Positions 58,266 to 64,000 of a stretch of DNA of 64,000 bases are shown in pieces. The notes beneath the pieces are model-generated. The model worked only from the letters and a program-made list of their open reading frames with translations, did no database searches and was not told where the DNA came from. Positions within the stretch are counted from its first letter, which is position 1, and every line of letters begins with the position of its first letter. The stretch spans positions 124,001-188,000 of the IMG/VR virus record IMGVR_UViG_3300049460_000128. One strand, written 5' to 3'. The position numbers were made by a program, and so were the translations under genes.

Positions 58266-59429
58266 TTAATGTAAGTTGAAATTTCCAACTTTGGCCGTGG
58301 TATCAGTGAAACGAATATCAACTGTACTCAAATGCCCACCTTTGCTACAACCAGTATCCATGAAAATGGCAGTACCACCCTCAGTACCAATCTGCGTCAA
58401 TGGCTCGAATGTACTTCTGATATCATGGCCGACAATCGCAATTTGATTCTCAGTCAACTTATCAACCCAGTTATACACACGATTCGGATAACCATCATCG
58501 CGCTTTACCGAGTTGTCGGTCTCTCCAAACAAGCACATCGATTCCAATGCACCTGGAAGACGCTTGGCCGTGATATCAAACAGATCCGGATGCGCGGCGC
58601 CATGTGTGAAAACAAATCCGTCAGACGACCTATGATGACGCATCAGATGGAACATGGCATTGAAGCGACTGACCCAACGATTGTAGTCAAACTTACTCAA
58701 TCCCTTTACGCGATTGATGGTTACCTTGTTCCCTTCAGACAACTTTACATGTTTGTCTGGTTGATTCAAGTATCGGAAGATCTTTCGTTCATGGTTGCCC
58801 ATTATCACTTCAGCTTCACCCCTAATAACCATTTGATAAACAACCTCAATTACTTCCAAGGAGTCTATACCATAGTCCAACAGGTCACCCAGCAACAATA
58901 CGAAATGATTACGCCCGCGTGCCCAGGATACGGCATTTCTCAACGCATTGAGATTACCATGTATATCAGGAATGGCTGTGATACCCGAGTAGCCACGTGC
59001 GCGCAAGTTGGCAAAGAAGTCTTGATCTGGTAGTAGCTTCACGATGTTATATGCACCAACGGTAAAATCAATAACTTCTGCTATTCGATCACCGCCCATA
59101 AGGTCAGGTCGTTTTGACAAGTCACCAATCAAATAGAACACATTGAAGCCACGATTTTGTGCTTCTTTGGCCATATTGATACGAGTGTTGCGTTTAAGGT
59201 GGGGGTCAGAGATGACAACACGCTCGCCCAATGCCAGTTTTGACATCATGCGTCGTTCCATCTCGGATGACACGGCATCTGTCATCTCGTGACGTTCTGG
59301 AGCATATCCCAATAGGTCAACGAGGATCTTGTTTGGTGTGAGAATTTCGTGAGGCTGAAATGCGTTCGAGATTTTATCAGGATGCAAATCAATCAGGAAG
59401 ATTACACTGTTGAGTGTTATTGTTTTCAT
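58266..59429 (-). CDS. Pnkp-like metallophosphoesterase with degenerate N-terminal kinase domain
   Basis: DIHG, LGDLLD, GNHE, THGA, GET...GYPNR..W, VGH, DTGCSKGGHLS; no P-loop in the N-terminal domain. Confidence 0.8.
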   Translation of the reverse strand: MKTITLNSVIFLIDLHPDKISNAFQPHEILTPNKILVDLLGYAPERHEMTDAVSSEMERRMMSKLALGERVVISDPHLKRNTRINMAKEAQNRGFNVFYLIGDLSKRPDLMGGDRIAEVIDFTVGAYNIVKLLPDQDFFANLRARGYSGITAIPDIHGNLNALRNAVSWARGRNHFVLLLGDLLDYGIDSLEVIEVVYQMVIRGEAEVIMGNHERKIFRYLNQPDKHVKLSEGNKVTINRVKGLSKFDYNRWVSRFNAMFHLMRHHRSSDGFVFTHGAAHPDLFDITAKRLPGALESMCLFGETDNSVKRDDGYPNRVYNWVDKLTENQIAIVGHDIRSTFEPLTQIGTEGGTAIFMDTGCSKGGHLSTVDIRFTDTTAKVGNFNLH

Positions 59430-59511
59430 TATTAAAATACGTAAGAGGCATTGTGCCGATGTTCCTCTTATCTATCAAACCTGAATTTGGTAGATTTACG
59501 TCTTCAACAAT

Positions 59512-59754
59512 TCAACTTAAATCTGATTCGGGAGAAAGTTTGAACATCGTTGCGTCGAACGCGTCATCAAAGCCAACGACTATGATTCGTCTATGTTCGG
59601 CGACATTCCAATTGCTGGAACAGTTCGTTTGACACCAAAACTCAATGAACCGAGCGAGCAGGTCATTCCGAGTTGCTTCATCAGTAGACAGTTTTATGAC
59701 TATCGTGATTGGAAGCTTCTCAGAACAACCAGCGGTGTATGAAGGGATATCCAT
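59512..59754 (-). CDS. hypothetical protein (DA-x-[LM]-FKL family)
   Basis: IIVVGFDDAFDATMFKLS. Confidence 0.65.
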   Translation of the reverse strand: MDIPSYTAGCSEKLPITIVIKLSTDEATRNDLLARFIEFWCQTNCSSNWNVAEHRRIIVVGFDDAFDATMFKLSPESDLS

Positions 59755-59795
59755 GCAATTACTATAGCATATCCCTTGTTACAAGCTTGTTACAA

Positions 59796-60404
59796 TTAAG
59801 CAAGCTGACGTTTTGCAACGATTTTATCCACGATGCCGAAGTCAACAGCTTCTTGGGCGTTCATGAAGTAGTCACGCGAGCACTTCGCTTTCATTTCATC
59901 AAACGTGTGACGGCCCAGGCAGTCTTCGGTCAGGATGGTATGCAGACGATCGTTCAGCTTCTTGGTCTCGTTCAGTTGGATCTCTTGATCCATGAACGTA
60001 CCGCCGGTGCCGCTCGAAACTTGGTGAATCATCACGCGGGCATCTGGCAGAATAATGCGCTTGCCTTTTGCCCCCGAACCCAGCAGCAGGGCGCCCATCG
60101 ATGCGGCAATACCCATGCACACGGTACTGACGTCGCAGCTGATGAAGTTCATGGTGTCGCGGATTGCCAGACCCGCGGATACCGAACCGCCTGGCGAGTT
60201 AATGTACAGACTGATGTCTTTGTCTGGTGCAGCGGATTCCAGATACAGCAGTTGGGCGACGATCAAGTGCGACATTTGGTCGTTGACCGGGCCGTTCAGG
60301 AAGATCACGCGATCATTCAGCATGCGCGAGAAGATGTCGAACGAACGTTCGCCGCGAGCAGTTTGCTCAACAACCATAGGGATCAACATGTTAGTGTCAT
60401 TCAT
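59796..60404 (-). CDS. clpP: ATP-dependent Clp protease proteolytic subunit
   Basis: [42 protein letters not shown] (catalytic Ser), MIHQ (His), RDYFM (Asp). Confidence 0.95.
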   Translation of the reverse strand: MNDTNMLIPMVVEQTARGERSFDIFSRMLNDRVIFLNGPVNDQMSHLIVAQLLYLESAAPDKDISLYINSPGGSVSAGLAIRDTMNFISCDVSTVCMGIAASMGALLLGSGAKGKRIILPDARVMIHQVSSGTGGTFMDQEIQLNETKKLNDRLHTILTEDCLGRHTFDEMKAKCSRDYFMNAQEAVDFGIVDKIVAKRQLA

Positions 60405-60465
60405 CTTTAAGTCCTTCAGTGGGTGAAATGTTGTGAGAAAACCATACAGTTAAGTACAGCTTTAT

Positions 60466-60780
60466 TTATTTGATGGCCTCTTCGAGACATTGCTTTTCGC
60501 CTTCGAGTAATTTGAACAAGATGGCGTCGCTTGCGTCTTCAAAGAATACCACAATTGTTTGCTGATTTTCAGCAATGTAGCTACCCCATTTGCCAAAAAT
60601 ATTCTGACGAATCCATGCATCGACATTATTCAGATTGCCGATGCTGTATTGGGAGCTTGTGAACTCCAAGCGTGTATAGCTACAGGGATATGGACTTTTG
60701 ACGTACCGATCGGTGTGTTCGTACAGCAAAATACTGGCATCGATCTCAGCACCAGTAAAACAAACTTTCGATGGAATCAT
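60466..60780 (-). CDS. hypothetical protein (DA-x-L-FKL family)
   Basis: WIRQNIFGKW...IVVFFEDASDAILFKLL. Confidence 0.7.
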   Translation of the reverse strand: MIPSKVCFTGAEIDASILLYEHTDRYVKSPYPCSYTRLEFTSSQYSIGNLNNVDAWIRQNIFGKWGSYIAENQQTIVVFFEDASDAILFKLLEGEKQCLEEAIK

Positions 60781-60872
60781 GTATTGATCTTAACGTAAAA
60801 TGGCTAACTGAGGTCATTATACGTTATGGCAACTGGCGTTCATAGAATAAGTTTGCCAGATTATCTGACAAA

Positions 60873-61112
60873 TTACCAGTTTTTGCGAGTGAAGTATGCG
60901 ACGGGAATAAAGACAATATCAAGCTCACGACCATCACGGATATGCTCCAGGATTTCGCGAGAAGAATTGCATTGTGGCGTGTTTTCCCTAAAGATTAGGG
61001 CGCCATGAGTGGGCTCGACCAGCCACCAACGATTGACTTTGCAGATTGCTTCGTCTTGTGGGGTAGTCAGAACATCAAGCGGTATATAGCGATACTTGTC
61101 GCGATCACGCAT
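60873..61112 (-). CDS. hypothetical protein
   Basis: Likely start MRDRDKY overlapping the upstream ORF; motif PQCN. Confidence 0.6.
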   Translation of the reverse strand: MRDRDKYRYIPLDVLTTPQDEAICKVNRWWLVEPTHGALIFRENTPQCNSSREILEHIRDGRELDIVFIPVAYFTRKNW

Positions 61113-61341
61113 GGGCGGGCATAAAGACGACTGGCTTGTACTCTTCTTCACGCATGGCGTCTATGGCACTCTGGAGAGTGTCACGACAGTTGTCGTCATG
61201 GGGGATGACGCCGCAGACAATGTTCACCATGTGATGAATTGTGAGGTCACGAGCATGGGTGACCTGAATTTTCAATGCCCGGATCTCTGCATCCTTGGCA
61301 TCCATTGCAGCTTTCATTTGAGCTTTGGATAGTTTCGACAT
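61105..61341 (-). CDS. hypothetical protein
   Basis: 78-aa helical ORF. Confidence 0.6.
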   Translation of the reverse strand: MSKLSKAQMKAAMDAKDAEIRALKIQVTHARDLTIHHMVNIVCGVIPHDDNCRDTLQSAIDAMREEEYKPVVFMPAHA

Positions 61342-61535
61342 ATTGTATCTGAATGAGCTTCTTGCAATATTTTCAATGTACCATTATTGCAGGAATACTT
61401 GAAGCACTCAAACTACAATCAGGTTAGTTGGTATCAACTGGTATGTGAAATTTGATGTTTGCTCTAGAGCAAGTGATGCCATGCTCAAGATCAGTCACTG
61501 GTGCGTCTTGGGGATAGTATGATGCCCATAGTCGT

Positions 61536-61576
61536 AAAAAAGACGAAAAGCGATCCTAGACCGGTTCTCGTCTTTT
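61536..61576 (-). terminator. intrinsic terminator
   Basis: Minus strand AAAAGACGAGAACCGGTC-TAG-GATCGCTTTTCGTCTTTTTT. Confidence 0.6.
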
Positions 61577-61579
61577 CAT

Positions 61580-63058
61580 TTACGTGATATGATTGATAGG
61601 TTTACACGAGCTGCCCCAGATATCCCACCACTCTTTGAATGTTAGGATGAACGAACACGTGGGGTTTTCTTGTGAAATTTCATCATTGAGATATTTGTTG
61701 ATGGGCGAATCGACATCGTTATGGTCACCGTATTCTGCTATGTGCTGGCAGTATTCTTCTTTGGTCAAATTGAGTTTATCAAAATGCGTGTTGGGGTCGT
61801 TTATGACATAATTTAAAAAAAGACCTTTTGTAGGAGCACGGAGATTGGCAGGTTCAACGCAACAGGTTTGCGGGCTATATGGTGTTGCGTGGTCATGTAT
61901 CCGGATGATTTTGAATACGCCATTTGCCAAACCGTTCTCGTCCCAGTGCCCATATCGTTCCAGCATACCAAGCCAAGTTTCAAAGGTGAAGTACCAGCTT
62001 TGATGGCCAATATGGGCATTATGGCGTTGTTTCAAATATTTTGCCATGTTACTGTTTCCAGTTAGTGGACCATGCTTTTCCACCAGAGCCAAATATGCAT
62101 CACCGGTACAACCCCATAATTTTTCATTATTTTCCGATTTACGCTCGGCTGCTTCTCGCTTCTTACGATCAGCGGTTTTTTCCGGCATCTTACGATCAGA
62201 ATACGTAATGCCATATTTGTTCAATATCTGCCCAACACGGGACCTGGACACTCCGAAAAATTCAGCAATTTGACGATACGTTGATCCGGCTTTATATGCC
62301 GAAATCATTTCGGCAGTTCGTGGGTTTTCTGGTACGGATGGGATGATTTTTGGAGCGAGTTTCAAAGCTAATGCTTTGGCTTTGTTGAACACGATTTTTT
62401 CTTGACGGACTCGTTCTTTTTTACGTTCGGCCGCTTCTTTTTTACGTTCGGCTCTACGGGCGGCAGCTAGTTGCAGCGCGATTTGCAATGGTGTTGGGTT
62501 GGCGGGTTTAGTCGGTTTGACGATAGACTTGATCGGTTTACCAATGCCGTTTTTTCGCAAAATGAGACCAATACTCTGCGGATTCATACCAAACTCAGCC
62601 CCTAACTCACCATGAGTTTTTCCCATATTGTAGCCAGCAATGATGCGTTGATCACGTTCAGCATTCTTCAATTTGAGCCCGACTGGCTCTTTGTATTTCT
62701 GAACTTTCAGAGGAACTGGTGACTCCTCAGTAACCTTGCTTGGTTCCAGCAAGGGGATAAACGACCTGATCCTGTCCTTTTCCAGTTCAGCATCAACATG
62801 TTTTCCATACTGACAAATGGCTTGATGGACCGTTACTTTGATCCCTTCAGTGACGGGGCCTTTATCGACATAGCATCCGCCTTCGTCAGCCTTGATACGA
62901 TGCAACCGAAGCAGTTTTAGGAAACCTGCGGAGTCGAAGCCATACTCATCACGTAGTTGGGGAAAGTTTTCACCTGCTAGAAACCGTTCAAGTACCGTAC
63001 GAATCTGATTTTTATCCAACGCGAAAATTGGGATGATTCGTGATTGTTTGTTAGCCAT
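61580..63058 (-). CDS. multi-HTH DNA-binding protein with degenerate HNH-like modules
   Basis: HTHs GKTHGELGAEFGMNPQSIGLIL and GSTYRQIAEFFGVSRSRVGQIL; WYFTFETW and FILTFKEWW blocks. Confidence 0.7.
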   Translation of the reverse strand: MANKQSRIIPIFALDKNQIRTVLERFLAGENFPQLRDEYGFDSAGFLKLLRLHRIKADEGGCYVDKGPVTEGIKVTVHQAICQYGKHVDAELEKDRIRSFIPLLEPSKVTEESPVPLKVQKYKEPVGLKLKNAERDQRIIAGYNMGKTHGELGAEFGMNPQSIGLILRKNGIGKPIKSIVKPTKPANPTPLQIALQLAAARRAERKKEAAERKKERVRQEKIVFNKAKALALKLAPKIIPSVPENPRTAEMISAYKAGSTYRQIAEFFGVSRSRVGQILNKYGITYSDRKMPEKTADRKKREAAERKSENNEKLWGCTGDAYLALVEKHGPLTGNSNMAKYLKQRHNAHIGHQSWYFTFETWLGMLERYGHWDENGLANGVFKIIRIHDHATPYSPQTCCVEPANLRAPTKGLFLNYVINDPNTHFDKLNLTKEEYCQHIAEYGDHNDVDSPINKYLNDEISQENPTCSFILTFKEWWDIWGSSCKPINHIT

Positions 63059-63094
63059 TCCAGGGATACTTTCGTTAGCTCTCTTGATGTTGGT

Positions 63095-63123
63095 ATTATA
63101 GTGAAATATTCACCACCACGCAA
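63095..63123 (-). promoter_or_regulatory. sigma70-type promoter
   Basis: TTGCGT-N17-TATAAT. Confidence 0.75.
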
Positions 63124-63150
63124 GTGAACCATCTAGATATCTCTGAATGT

Positions 63151-63387
63151 TTATGACAAACTGGCGCGCAGATTTGCTAAGGAGTGTTCAACTGCCTGAA
63201 TTTGATTCAGGACTGTGTTCTTTTGCTCAGTCAACATGCCGGCTGGGCCGCGCTGGGCGATCATTTCCAGTTCATCGGCAATAGAGAAGTACATGCGCTC
63301 GCGGAACGATGCAGCCAAGCGCATCAAGTCCTGATACACTTCATCAGCAAACTCGTTGTCTGCTGGTTGAATGAATTGCTGGGTCAT
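63151..63387 (-). CDS. hypothetical protein
   Basis: 78 aa, ATGA overlap. Confidence 0.65.
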   Translation of the reverse strand: MTQQFIQPADNEFADEVYQDLMRLAASFRERMYFSIADELEMIAQRGPAGMLTEQKNTVLNQIQAVEHSLANLRASLS

Positions 63388-63719
63388 ACATTCCCTTTAA
63401 AACGCACTTCAACACGCAGATGGCCTTCATTGGTGCCCTTGATGCACAGTTCAGCCGAACGATCGGCAACCGTCACATACGCGACGATCAGCTTGTTGCG
63501 ATTGCATGCATCGGGTGTACCACTGCCGATCAGACCTTTCTTCTTGGCTGACCGCACGAAGCTGGTTGGGCTGATCAAACGCTTGGGGTGCATGACCATA
63601 CATTCGACCACTACACCAAGACCATTGCCCACGTCATATTGACGAGAACTCAGCACCATCGAACCGGTTACCAGCTCGTGAATGTGACTATGTGCAGCTA
63701 GGATGTAATCGACTGTCAT
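63384..63719 (-). CDS. hypothetical protein
   Basis: Likely start MTVDY, downstream of the promoter at 63748-63776. Confidence 0.65.
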   Translation of the reverse strand: MTVDYILAAHSHIHELVTGSMVLSSRQYDVGNGLGVVVECMVMHPKRLISPTSFVRSAKKKGLIGSGTPDACNRNKLIVAYVTVADRSAELCIKGTNEGHLRVEVRFKGNV

Positions 63720-63747
63720 TTTGTTTCTCTCGTTATATCGTAGCAAC

Positions 63748-63776
63748 ATGATACAACCAAATGAACTAAAGGTCAA
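63748..63776 (-). promoter_or_regulatory. sigma70-type promoter
   Basis: TTGACC-N17-TATCAT. Confidence 0.75.
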
Positions 63777-63793
63777 GTATAATGCACAGTCGT

Positions 63794-63819
63794 AAAAATG
63801 CCCGGACTAGCCGGGCATT
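63794..63819 (-). terminator. intrinsic terminator
   Basis: AATGCCCGG-CTAGT-CCGGGCATTTTT on the minus strand. Confidence 0.8.
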
Positions 63820-63822
63820 CAT

Positions 63823-63999
63823 TTAACTACCAGTACCTTCAGCGTTCTTGTCGTAGTACGCTGTGATGCCGAACGGAGCAACGATTTGGTCATTGCCGTG
63901 GATGACGAACAACGTGTCGCAGTAGTTGTCATCGCCCCAGCTACCACCTGGATAACCGTCGGTGAACATAACTAAGCGTTGAGGCTCGATGCCCTCGCG
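63823..63999 (-). CDS. C-terminus of a vWA-like (DUF2201-type) protein, partial
   Basis: Hand translation REGIEPQRLVMFTDGYPGGSWGDDNYCDTLFVIHGNDQIVAPFG...; FTDGY is a vWA MIDAS-type motif. Confidence 0.65.
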   Translation of the reverse strand, partial: REGIEPQRLVMFTDGYPGGSWGDDNYCDTLFVIHGNDQIVAPFGITAYYDKNAEGTGS

Positions 64000-64000
64000 T

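Noticed and set aside
1-64000. Stop-codon reassignment, tRNA genes, CRISPR array, diversity-generating retroelement
   Set aside because: Genes translate full-length in the standard code with tight packing. I saw no cloverleaf, regular repeat-spacer array, reverse transcriptase or template/variable repeat pair by eye; tRNAscan-SE and a CRISPR finder would be needed to be certain.

Overview
This window is part of a large T4-like (jumbo-type) myovirus genome, not a bacterial chromosome. From left to right it holds: gp46/gp47 recombination nuclease and a gp55-like late sigma factor (minus strand); a long plus-strand late region (3.9-42.1 kb) with the baseplate module (tube initiator, gp53, hub, gp5 with a C-terminal lytic transglycosylase, gp25, gp6, a 3662-aa gp7-like protein) and tail-fibre genes. 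That region runs without a strand change into a ~12 kb enzyme cluster: a histidine phosphatase, three GT-A-fold glycosyltransferase-like proteins, three small paralogues sharing a motif, and five tandem radical SAM enzymes with N-terminal twitch-like domains. This cluster is the best candidate for an undescribed system (phage-encoded glycan building plus radical tailoring; substrate unknown). An HNH homing endonuclease sits inside it, flanked by a synonymously recoded duplicate of the target gene's first 9 codons. The right third is mostly early/accessory: a host-like DUF4214/FG-GAP lipoprotein, a strongly strand-skewed block ending at an inverted-repeat junction, AAA ATPase, UvrD-like helicase, thyA, DHFR, arrays of small paralogues, HNH, a Pnkp-like phosphatase, ClpP and a multi-HTH protein. 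I saw no tRNA, rRNA or CRISPR array. All family calls come from motif recognition by eye; no database search was run.
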